Shown: piece after piece, positions 7,117 to 18,200 of the stretch
Layout: each line of letters opens with the position of its first letter
Numbering within the stretch: the first letter of the stretch is position 1
Assembly: GCF_029504745.1 (NCBI RefSeq)
Contig: NZ_JAQFIQ010000028.1
Location: forward strand, 1 to 32,000
Length of the DNA stretch: 32,000 nucleotides
Source: Breznakia sp. PF5-3
Lineage (GTDB): Bacteria > Bacillota_I > Bacilli_A > Erysipelotrichales > Erysipelotrichaceae
Direction: 5' to 3'
Position numbers and translations under genes: made by a program
Notes under the pieces: generated by a model
Databases searched by the model: none
Told to the model about the DNA's origin: nothing
The model's input: the letters and a program-made list of their open reading frames with translations, nothing else

Positions 7117-8457
7117 TTAAAAATCAATTTCGGCTGTGTAATAGTAATTAATTACTACTGGATCTGTTGATTTTTCCAATACAAAATCTCCACGATCTGC
7201 TCCTTGATAAGAGCTTTCTGTCAAGTCTCCAAATTTATATTTATAGTCTTCAATAACGATTGTTGTTCCTACTTCTAAAGTAACGACTTCTTCTTTATAA
7301 ACTCGATATTCCTCACCAAGACCTTCTGTATCTACCCAGTGGCGAATGATAATATCTTCTGTGTAATAAGTTGCGGCATTTGAGAAAACAACTTTATGGG
7401 TTCCACTTTTCTTTAATTGTGTCGCTTCTTTTCCTTTACAACATGCTTCATTTGTACGGTATCCAACAATGTTTCCATCCTTGAAGTTTGCACTATATGG
7501 ATCCCCAATCAAACCTTGACCATTATAGTAAATTCCTGCAGGTTCAGAATACCATTGATAGTTACCCATATAACACATATTTCTATTTACTGTTGGATAC
7601 ATAGCTGTAACATCAACAGCAACATCATCTGTAACAACCAATCCAGAATTTAAATATATTTCTTGAACCATTGCTCCACAGTATGCTCTTAACATTTGTT
7701 TATCTGCTTGTAATGCTGAAACTCCACTATAGATATTACGTGAAATTCCAGTAATTGAACTACCTGCACCTTCAGCTTGGATATGAGCAATTTGTGTTCT
7801 TGCTCCACAACTTCCACCTTCACCACTAACAGTTGCACCTTTCCACGCATAGATATCTCTGTATGCCCAAATTCCTGTGCTATCAGCTCCTGATGCATAA
7901 CCATATATTGATGCTGAATAATATGGTTTGATATCGTTATAACACCAAATACCATAATTTATTCCATACCCAGAAATTGATCCACCTTCCATTTGAATTT
8001 CGTTATATACACGAATTCCAGCTGTAGTTCCTGTTGCACTAACCGTTCCAACACCATTTTTAGTATATTTAAATGCTTTTAAATGACCACCAACATTAAT
8101 ACCAAATTCATCTGCTGTATTAGCATTCAAAGCTCCACTACCTCTAAACTCTAAGTCTTTTTTTGTATAAATAGAGTTCACATTTACTGGTACTGTATTA
8201 TTTAAATATATTTTTTGATCTCTTGAACTATAAATTACTGCATTTTCATTCAATAAATAAGTTCCTTTTTTAGTTGAAAGAATGTTACTACCATCCTTTT
8301 GTGTTGTTATTGTTGCATCATATCCTTTCAAGTCAATATTTCCACTTAAAACTGCATAGCTTGATGCATCCGCTTTAAATGAAAACGTTAAGACTGAAAA
8401 AACCGAAAAAATACTTAACATCACCATAAAACTTTTAAACATTTTGCGCTTCATCAT
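7117..8457 (-). CDS. secreted repeat protein of unknown function with a MucBP-like C-terminal domain (446 aa from ATG 8457)
   Basis: Signal peptide MMKRKMFKSFMVMLSIFSVFSVLTFSFKADA. Central Gly/Tyr/Trp-rich short repeats (GINYGIWCYNDI, STGIWAYRDIYAW, GIRVYNEIQMEGG) suggest a beta-solenoid. The C-terminal IIIRHWVDTEG...VVINYYYT resembles MucBP. No anchor is present. The track start at 8529 is a TTG that overlaps the putative promoter. Confidence 0.6.
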   Translation of the reverse strand: MMKRKMFKSFMVMLSIFSVFSVLTFSFKADASSYAVLSGNIDLKGYDATITTQKDGSNILSTKKGTYLLNENAVIYSSRDQKIYLNNTVPVNVNSIYTKKDLEFRGSGALNANTADEFGINVGGHLKAFKYTKNGVGTVSATGTTAGIRVYNEIQMEGGSISGYGINYGIWCYNDIKPYYSASIYGYASGADSTGIWAYRDIYAWKGATVSGEGGSCGARTQIAHIQAEGAGSSITGISRNIYSGVSALQADKQMLRAYCGAMVQEIYLNSGLVVTDDVAVDVTAMYPTVNRNMCYMGNYQWYSEPAGIYYNGQGLIGDPYSANFKDGNIVGYRTNEACCKGKEATQLKKSGTHKVVFSNAATYYTEDIIIRHWVDTEGLGEEYRVYKEEVVTLEVGTTIVIEDYKYKFGDLTESSYQGADRGDFVLEKSTDPVVINYYYTAEIDF

Positions 8458-8520
8458 AATTTCTTCATTTCCCTCGCTTTCATATGTATTTTTGGATTTA
8501 TTTACATATATCAAAAGTAT

Positions 8521-8546
8521 GTCGCGCAAGTCCTAAAAAAGGTTTT
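8521..8546 (-). promoter_or_regulatory. weaker ECF-type promoter candidate P4 (446-aa gene)
   Basis: On the - strand: AAAACC-TTTTTTAGGACTTGCG-CGAC, followed by ATAC. It shares GACTTnnGCGnCATAC with the sigma-gene promoter, but its -35 is AAAACC rather than TGAACC. Confidence 0.35.
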
Positions 8547-8635
8547 CTTTTTTCTAAAAAAAGTTGTTTTTTTCATAATTGTTGAACACCTAGTACATAT
8601 ATTAATTTATCATGTTTTCTTTTTTCTTCTTATCG

Positions 8636-8672
8636 ATAAAAAGCAGGTATAAAATATATCATTTATACCTGC
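8636..8672 (-). terminator. rho-independent terminator after the lipoprotein gene
   Basis: GCAGGTATAAA / TTTATACCTGC stem (8643-8672), followed on the - strand by TTTTTATCG. Confidence 0.8.
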
Positions 8673-8688
8673 ATTCATTTATAGCTAT

Positions 8689-9144
8689 TTATTCAATTTT
8701 TCCACAACTATATTCTTCTGCCTCTAATTCTTTTACTAGCTTTTTGATGTTTTTATATTCTTTTATTCCTAATTCTTTAACATCACCTTCACTTGCTTTA
8801 CTTGGATCAATTTCTATTTTCACTGATAATTTCTTTTTCTTCTTATCAACTGAAATATCAAATTCTAACCCTTTTTGCTTTTTGTTTGGATTTATATAGT
8901 CATTCTTATAAAGTTCTTCTAACTCTTCAATTTCATAATCTTCGAACAAGTAATCTGCTAATGCAGCCTCTCTTGTCACGATAATTTTTTCTACTTTTTT
9001 ATCACCATCGTATGTAGCTGTTACTTCGTCTACAATTTCTGATGATCCATAATCCAATTTACAAGTTACTTCTTTCGCTTTGCTTTCGCCTCCGCATCCT
9101 GCTAATACTAGTATTAGACTAAATATCATTACTACTTTTTTCAT
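8689..9144 (-). CDS. small lipoprotein (151 aa), YehR/DUF1307-like by pattern
   Basis: Lipobox LILVLAGC-GGESK. Lys/Glu-rich mature part. RBS GAAGGAGG before the ATG. Confidence 0.6.
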   Translation of the reverse strand: MKKVVMIFSLILVLAGCGGESKAKEVTCKLDYGSSEIVDEVTATYDGDKKVEKIIVTREAALADYLFEDYEIEELEELYKNDYINPNKKQKGLEFDISVDKKKKKLSVKIEIDPSKASEGDVKELGIKEYKNIKKLVKELEAEEYSCGKIE

Positions 9145-9209
9145 CTATAAGCCTCCTTCGCTTCATCTGATGTTATTTTCCTTCCCATAATTTATCATCA
9201 TTAGGAAGC

Positions 9210-9234
9210 AAAGGAATATCTAAGATATTCCTTT
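9210..9234 (-). other. perfect 11-bp hairpin just after the giant gene, without a U-tract
   Basis: AAAGGAATATC-TAA-GATATTCCTTT. On the - strand it is followed by GCTTCCTAATG, so there is no T-run. Confidence 0.5.
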
Positions 9235-9245
9235 CACTCTTATTA

Positions 9246-12200
9246 CTATTCTTCCTCTTCTTTTTTTCTTTTCACTAAGTAAATCACACTCATAAACGAT
9301 ATGATTCCCATTGCGAATAAACTATTTAAATTCGTATCATCACCTGTTGTTACAGCTGTACTTGGTTTTGATACAGTTGGAGGTGTTACAGATGGTTTTC
9401 TTCCTGGTGTTACAGTCACCTTAATCACTGTTGCATATTCTACACCTTCATGTTCAACACTCAACTTCACATCGTATACTCCACCAAGAATTGTACTTCC
9501 CTTAACTACTCTTAAGTGTTCTTGGTGTACAGCTATCGATTCTTTTGTTGGTGCCAATGCCCTAGTTTTTGAATTTATGATTACATCTGCTTCTGACAAT
9601 TCTAATACTTTTGCTTCATTCATGTTTGATGCTTCAGCATGTGAAATTGTGAAATCTTTCGCTGTAATATCTAGAGCTGTTTTCGTTACATTTACATTCA
9701 CTGTAACTTTTGTTGTTGGTTCTTTCACTACATGGAATGTTACTTGATATACACCAGCTTCTCCTATTACATTATGACTCTCTACTTCAACTTTTGCGCT
9801 TGAAAGATCTTTCTTCAACCATGCCTCTGCTTCTGTTAAAGCAATCAATTGATCATTTGTAATTGTTTCTGCTGTGTGTGAGTTTATTGTAATATGGTTT
9901 GCCCCAATATAATATTTATCACCTTTCACAATCACATCTTTTGCTTTTACCTTAATTTTAATAGTTGCTTTTGTATCTTTTTCTTCATCCACATAGAATG
10001 TTGCTGTGTAATCACCTTCAGCCGCCTTAAAGTCTGTTGTTTCCAACTTCACTGTTCCTGCACTCATATCTTTACGTTTGAATGCTTCCGCTTTTGATAA
10101 CTCAATTAATTTTGTATTGTCACTAATTGCTTCTGCTTCTGCTAGTGTCATCACTAAATTGTTGGCAACAATTGTATATTCATCTCCGTGTTCGATAACA
10201 TTTCCATCTTTTACTTTGATTTTGATTGTTGCTTTTGTATCTTTTTCTTCATCCACATAGAATGTTGCTGTGTAGTCACCTTCAGCGGCCTTGAAGTTTG
10301 TTGTTTCAAGTTTTACAGTTCCAGCACTCATATCTTTACGTTTGAATGCTTCTGCTTTTGATAATTTAATTAACTCATTGTTATTTTTAATTGCTTCAGC
10401 TTCTTCCAATGTCATTACTAAATTGTTAGCTCCGATTGTGTATTCATCTCCGTGCTCAATTACATCTTTATCGATTACTTTGATTTTAATCGTTGCTTTT
10501 GTTGCTTTTTCTTCATCTACATAGAACGTTGCTGTATAGTCACCCTTAGCCGCCTTGAAGTTTGTTGTTTCCAACTTCACTGTTCCAGCACTCATATCTT
10601 TGCGCTTGAATGCTTCTGCTTTTGATAACTCAATTAATTTCGTATTGTCACTAATCGCTTTCGCTTCATCTAGTGTCATTACTAAGTTGTTTGCTCCGAT
10701 TGTGTATTCATCTCCGTGCTCGATTACATCTTTATCGATTACTTTGATTTTAATCGTTGCTTTTGTTGCTTTTTCTTCATCTACATAGAATGTTGCTGTG
10801 TAGTCACCTTTCGCTGCTGTAAAGTTTGTTGTTTCAAGTTTTACTGTTCCAGCACTCATATCATCACGATTAATTGCTACAGCTTTTGATAACTCAATTA
10901 ATTTCGTATTGTCAGTGATTGCTTTTGCTTCATCTAATGTCATTACTAAGTTGTTTGCTCCGATTGTATACTTATCTCCATGTTCGATTACATCTTTATC
11001 GATTACTTTGATTTTAATCGTTGCTTTTGTATCTTTTTCTTCATCTACATAGAATGTCGCTGTATAGTTACCTTTCGCTGCTGTAAAGTTTGTTGTTTCC
11101 AGCTTCACTGTTCCCACACTCATATCTTTACGTTTGAATGCTTCTGCTTTTGATAACTCAATCAGTTTTGTATTGTCACTAATTGCTTTCGCTTCATCTA
11201 GTGTCATTACTAAGTTGTTTGCAACTAGTGTATATTTATCTCCGTGTTCAATTACATTTCCATCTTTTACTTTGATCTTAATAGTCACTTTCGTTGCTTT
11301 TTCTTCATCTACATAGAATGTTGCTGTATAGTCACCCTTAGCTGCTGTAAAGTCTGTTGTTTCAAGTTTTACTGTTCCTGCACTCATATCTTTACGTTTG
11401 AATGCTTCTGCTTTTGATAACTCAATCAGTTTCGTATTGTCACTAATTGCTTTCGCTTCATCTAGTGTCATTACTAAGTTGTTTGCTCCAATTGTATACT
11501 TATCTCCGTGTTCGATTACATCTTTATCGATTACTTTGATTTTTACTGTTACTTTCGTTGCTTTTTCTTCATCTACATAGAATGTTGCTGTGTAATCACC
11601 CTTAGCTGCTGTAAAGTTTGTTGTTTCAAGTTTTACTGTTCCTTTGCTTAGGTCTTCTAACTTCCATGCTTCTGCTTTCGCTTTTTTAACTAACTCACTG
11701 TTGTCTGTCATCGCTTTCGCTTCATCGACTGTCATTACAATGTTGCTAGCTACTAGTGTATACTTGTCGCCTTCTTTGATTACATCGCCATCTACTACTT
11801 TCGCGATTGCTTTCACTTCATCTTTTGGATCCGTTGCTGCTTTCACTTTGATAACTACTTCGTAATCTTTGACTTCTGCTTTATATCCACCATTGTCTTT
11901 CACCATCAAGTCTGCACTTGGTACTGGCAATCCTGTTGCGATTGACCATGCTTTTGCTTCTGTCTTTTCTAAGATTTCAGCGTCTGTTCCGGTTACATCA
12001 TCTTTCAAGATTACATAGTTATGTAAGTCATATGCATAATCTTTTCCTACATACAATCCTACTGCTACTACTCTTGATTTCTTAACTGTATTGTAGTCAC
12101 TGTCAGTTACACTGTATTCTACTACATACATTCCTTTTTTCGATGTATCTACAGTTCCTGTTGATATTACTTTACTTGTAATATCTTTATCTTCTTCATC

Positions 12201-15200
12201 GTATGCACTAACTCCATGTTTGTAGTCATATGCATCCCCAATATTTAAACTCATGAATTCTGGATTCACTGTTAATACTGGCGCATTTCCGTTCACTACT
12301 TTTACAGCTACACGAACTTCTGTTGCTGGTTCTTCTGCTACATAGAATGTAACATAGTATGTTCCTACGGTTCCTTCAACATTGTGTGTTTTCACTTTTA
12401 CTGTTCCTGCACTCATGTCTTTACGTTTGAACGCTTCTGCTTTTGTAAGATCAATCAATTGATCATTAGTAATACTTTCGGCAACACTTCTTGTGATTTC
12501 AATGTTGTTAGCTCCGATTGTATACTTATCTCCATGTTCGATTACATCTTTATCGATTACTTTGATTTTAATCGTTGCTTTTGTATCTTTTTCTTCATCT
12601 ACATAGAATGTCGCTGTGTAGTCACCTTTTGCTGCTGTAAAGTTTGTTGTTTCAAGTTTTACTGTTCCTGCACTCATATCATCACGATTAATTGCTACAG
12701 CTTTTGATAACTCAATCAGTTTTGTGTTGTCAGTGATTGCTTTCGCTTCATCGACTGTCATTACTAAGTTGTTAGCTCCGATTGTATACTTATCTCCGTG
12801 TTCGATTACATCTTTATCGATTACTTTGATTTTAATCGCTGCTTTCGTTGCTTTTTCTTCATCTACATAGAATGTTGCTGTGTAGTCTCCATTAGCTGCC
12901 TTGAAGTTTGTTGTTTCAAGTTTTACTGTTCCCACACTCATATCTTTACGTTTGAATGCTTCTGCTTTCGATAACTCAATCAGTTTTGTATTGTCACTAA
13001 CCGCTTTCGCTTCATCTAGTGTCATTACTAAGTTGTTGGCAACGATTGTATATTCATCTCCATGTTCAATGACATTTCCATCTTTTACTTTGATCTTAAT
13101 TGTTACTTTCGTCGCTTTTTCTTCATCCACATAGAATGTTGCTGTGTAGTCACCTTCTGCTGCCTTGAAGTTTGTTGTTTCAAGCTTTACTGTTCCTGCA
13201 CTCATATCTTTACGTTTGAATGCTTCTGCTTTCGATAACTCAATCAGTTTTGTATTGTCACTAACCGCTTTCGCTTCATCTAGTGTCATTACTAAGTTGT
13301 TTGCTCCGATTGTATACTTATCTCCATGTTCGATTACATCTTTATCGATTACTTTGATTTTTACTGTTACTTTCGTTGCTTTTTCTTCATCCACATAGAA
13401 TGTTGCTGTATAGTCTCCCTTAGCTGCTGTAAAGTTTGTTGTTTCAAGTTTTACTGTTCCTTTGCTTAGGTCTTCTAACTTCCATGCTTCCGCTTTCGAT
13501 AACTCAATCAGTTTTGTATTGTCACTAACCGCTTTCGCTTCATCGACTGTCATTACAATGTTGCTAGCTACTAGTGTATACTTGTCTCCTTCTTTGATTA
13601 CATCGCCATCTACTACTTTTGCGATTGCTTTCACTTCATCTTTTGGATCCGTTGCCGCTTTCACTTTGATAACTACTTCATAATCTTTGACTTCTGCCTT
13701 GTATCCACCATTGTCTTTCACCATCAAGTCTGCACTTGGTACTGGCAATCCTGTTGCGATTGACCATGCTTTTGCTTCTGTCTTTTCTAAGATTTCTGCA
13801 TCTGTTCCTGTTACATCATCTTTCAAGATTACATAGTTGTGTAAATCATATGCATAATCTTTTCCTACATACAATCCTACTGCTACTACTCTTGATTTTT
13901 TAACTGTATTGTAGTCACTGTCAGTTACACTGTATTCTACTACATACATTCCTTTTTTCGATGTATCAACAGTTCCTGTTGATATTACTTTACTTGTAAT
14001 ATCTTTATCTTCTTCATCATATGCACTAACTCCATGTTTGTAGTCATATGTATCTCCAATATTTAAACTCATGAATTCTGGATTCACTGTTAATACTGGT
14101 GCATTTCCGTTCACTACTTTTACAGATACACGAACTTCTGTTGCTGGTTCTTCTGCTACATAGAATGTAACATAGTATGTTCCTACGGTTCCTTCAACAT
14201 TGTGTGTTTTCACTTTTACTGTTCCTACACTCATGTCTTTACGTTTGAACGCTTCTGCTTTTGTAAGATCAATCAATTGATCATTAGTAATACTTTCAGC
14301 TACACTTCTTGTAATTTCAATGTTGTTTGCTCCGATTGTATACTTATCTCCGTGCTCGATTACATCTTTATCGATTACTTTAATTTTAATCGTTGCTTTC
14401 GTTGCTTTTTCTTCATCTACATAGAATGTCGCTGTGTAGTCACCCTTAGCTGCTGTAAAGTTTGTTGTTTCAAGCTTTACTGTTCCTGCACTCATGTCTT
14501 TACGTTTGAATGCTTCTGCTTTTGATAACTCAATCAGTTTTGTGTTGTCACTAATTGCTTTCGCTTCATCTAGTGTCATTACTAAGTTGTTTGCTCCGAT
14601 TGTATACTTATCTCCGTGTTCGATTACATCTTTATCGATTACTTTGATTTTAATCGTTGCTTTTGTTGCTTTTTCTTCATCTACATAGAATGTTGCTGTA
14701 TAGTCACCCTTAGCTGCGGCAAAGTTTGTTGTTTCAAGTTTTACTGTTCCTTTGCTTAGGTCTTCTAACTTCCATGCTTCTGCTTTCGCTTTGCCTACTA
14801 ACTCACTGTTGTCTGTCATCGCTTTCGCTTCATCGACTGTCATTACAATGTTGCTAGCTACTAGTGTATACTTGTCACCTTCTTTGATTACATCGCCATC
14901 TACTACTTTCGCAATTGCTTTCACTTCATCTTTTGGATCTGTTGCTGCTTTTGCTTTGATAACTACTTCGTAATCTTTGACTTCTGCTTTATATCCACCA
15001 TTGTCTTTTACCATGATTTCCGATTGTGCAAGTTTTAAACCTGTTTTCGTTGACCATGCTTCTACTTCTGTCTTTTCTAAGATTTCTGCGTCTGTTCCTG
15101 TTACATCATCTTTCAAGATTACATAGTTGTGTAAATCATATGCATAATCTTTTCCTACATACAATCCTACTGCTACTACTCTTGATTTTTTAACTATATT

Positions 15201-18200
15201 GTAGTCACTGTCAGTTACACTGTATTCTACTACATACATTCCTTTTTTCGATGTATCTACAGTTCCTGTTGATATTACTTTACTTGTAATATCTTTATCT
15301 TCTTCATCGTATGCACTAACTCCATATTTGTAGTCATATGCATCTCCAATATTTAAACTCATGAATTCTGGATTCACTGTTAATACTGGTGCATTTCCAT
15401 TAATTACAGTTACTTTAACTTTTACAGTTGTTGATGGATTTTCTTTCACTTGGAAAATAGCATAGTATGAAGTTGAAGTGGTATCAGTTCCGATATTTGC
15501 TTCTTTTACTTCTACTGCTACTGTACTAAAGTCTTTTACTTTCCATCCTTCTGCATTACCCCAATCAATTAAATTATTATTTGTATAATTTTCTGCTTGG
15601 CTTCTTGTAATTGTAATGTTATTTGCTCCAATTGCATAATGTTCTTCTGATGTTAATTCATCTTTTTTCATTACTTTAATTGTAATTGTTGCTTTTGTTG
15701 CTTTTTCTTCATCCACATAGAATGTTGCTGTATAAGTACCTTCAGCTGCCTTGAAATCTGTTGTTTCAAGTTTTACTGTTCCAGCACTCATATCATCACG
15801 ATTAATTGCTACAGCTTTTGATAACTCAATCAGCTTCGTATTGTCAGTGATTGCTTTCGCTTGCTCAACATTCATTACTAAGTTATTAGCTCCGATTGTA
15901 TATTTGCTTCCTGTTTCAATCACATGCTTATCGATTACTTTGATTTTAATCGTTGCTTTCGTTGCTTTTTCTTCATCTACATAGAATGTCGCTGTGTAGT
16001 CACCCTTAGCTGCTGTAAAGTTTGTTGTTTCAAGCTTTACTGTTCCTGCACTCATGTCTTTACGTTTGAATGCTTCTGCTTTTGATAACTCAATCAGTTT
16101 TGTATTGTCACTAATTGCTTTCGCTTCATCTAGTGTCATTACTAAGTTGTTTGCAACTAGTGTATATTTATCTCCGTGTTCAATGACATTTCCATCTTTT
16201 ACTTTGATCTTAATCGTTACTTTCGTCGCTTTTTCTTCATCCACATAGAATGTTGCTGTGTAGTCACCTTCTGCTGCCTTGAAGTTTGTTGTTTCAAGTT
16301 TTACTGTTCCAGCACTCATATCTTTACGTTTGAATGCTTCTGCTTTTGATAACTCAATCAGTTTCGTATTGTCACTAATTGCTTTCGCTTCATCTAGTGT
16401 CATTACTAAGTTGTTTGCTCCAATTGTATACTTATCTCCGTGTTCGATTACATCTTTATCAATTACTTTGATTTTTACTGTTACTTTCGTTGCTTTTTCT
16501 TCATCTACATAGAATGTTGCTGTATAGTCTCCCTTAGCTGCTGTAAAGTTTGTTGTTTCAAGTTTTACTGTTCCTTTGCTTAGGTCTTCTAACTTCCATG
16601 CTTCTGCTTTCGCTTTTTTAACTAACTCACTGTTGTCTGTCATCGCTTTCGCTTCATCGACTGTCATTACAATGTTGCTAGCTACTAGTGTATACTTGTC
16701 GCCTTCTTTGATTACATCGCCATCTACTACTTTCGCGATTGCTTTCACTTCATCTTTTGGATCCGTTGCCGCTTTCACTTTGATAACTACTTCATAATCT
16801 TTGACTTCTGCTTTATATCCACCATTGTCTTTCACCATCAAGTCTGCACTTGGTATTGGCAGTCCTGTTGCGATTGACCATGCTTTTGCTTCTGTCTTTT
16901 CTAAGATTTCAGCATCTGTTCCGGTTACATCATCTTTCAAGATTACATAGTTATGTAAGTCATATGCATAATCTTTTCCTACATACAATCCTACTGCTAC
17001 TACTCTTGATTTCTTAACTGTATTGTAGTCACTGTCAGTTACACTGTATTCTACTACATACATTCCTTTTTTCGATGTATCTACAGTTCCTGTTGATATT
17101 ACTTTACTTGTAATATCCTTATCTTCTTCATCGTATGCACTAACTCCATGTTTGTAGTCATATACATCCCCAATATTTAAACTCATGAATTCTGGATTCA
17201 CTGTTAATACTGGCGCATTTCCGTTCACTACTTTTACAGCTACACGAACTTCTGTTGCTGGTTCTTCTGCTACATAGAATGTAACATAGTATGTTCCTAC
17301 GGTTCCTTCAACATTGTGTGTTTTCACTTTTACAGTTCCTGCACTCATGTCTTTACGTTTGAACGCTTCTGCTTTTGTAAGATCAATCAATTGATCATTA
17401 GTAATACTTTCGGCAACACTTCTTGTGATTTCAATGTTGTTTGCTCCGATTGTATACTTATCTCCATGTTCGATTACATCTTTATCGATTACTTTGATTT
17501 TTACTGTTACTTTCGTTGCTTTTTCTTCATCCACATAGAATGTCGCTGTGTAGTCACCTTTCGCTGCTGTAAAGTTTGTTGTTTCAAGTTTTACTGTTCC
17601 TGCACTCATATCTTTACGTTTGAATGCTTCTGCTTTCGATAACTCAATCAGTTTCGTATTGTCACTAATTGCTTTCGCTTCATCTAGTGTCATTACTAAG
17701 TTATTTGCTCCGATTGTGTATTCATCTCCGTGTTCGATTACATCTTTATCGATTACTTTGATTTTAATCGTTGCCTTTGTTGCTTTTTCTTCATCTACAT
17801 AGAATGTCGCTGTGTAGTCACCTTTCGCTGCTGTAAAGTTTGTTGCTTCAAGTTTTACTGTTCCTGCACTCATGTCTTTACGTTTGAATGCTTCTGCTTT
17901 TGATAACTCAATTAATTTCGTATTGTCACTAACCGCTTTCGCTTCATCTAGTGTCATTACTAAGTTGTTAGCTCCGATTGTATACTTATCTCCGTGTTCG
18001 ATTACATCTTTATCGATTACTTTGATTTTTACTGTTACTTTCGTTGCTTTTTCTTCATCCACATAGAATGTTGCTGTGTAGTCTCCCTTAGCTGCTGTAA
18101 AGTTTGTTGTTTCAAGTTTTACTGTTCCTTTGCTTAGGTCTTCTAACTTCCATGCTTCTGCTTTCGCTTTTTTAACTAACTCATTGTTGTCTGTCATCGC

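Noticed and set aside
8458-8490. Nine-codon uORF (ATGAAAGCGAGGGAAATGAAGAAATTATGA) overlapping the ATG of the 446-aa gene.
   Set aside because: The same bases supply the GAGGGA SD for the main ORF. There is no independent SD for the uORF, so it is likely coincidental.
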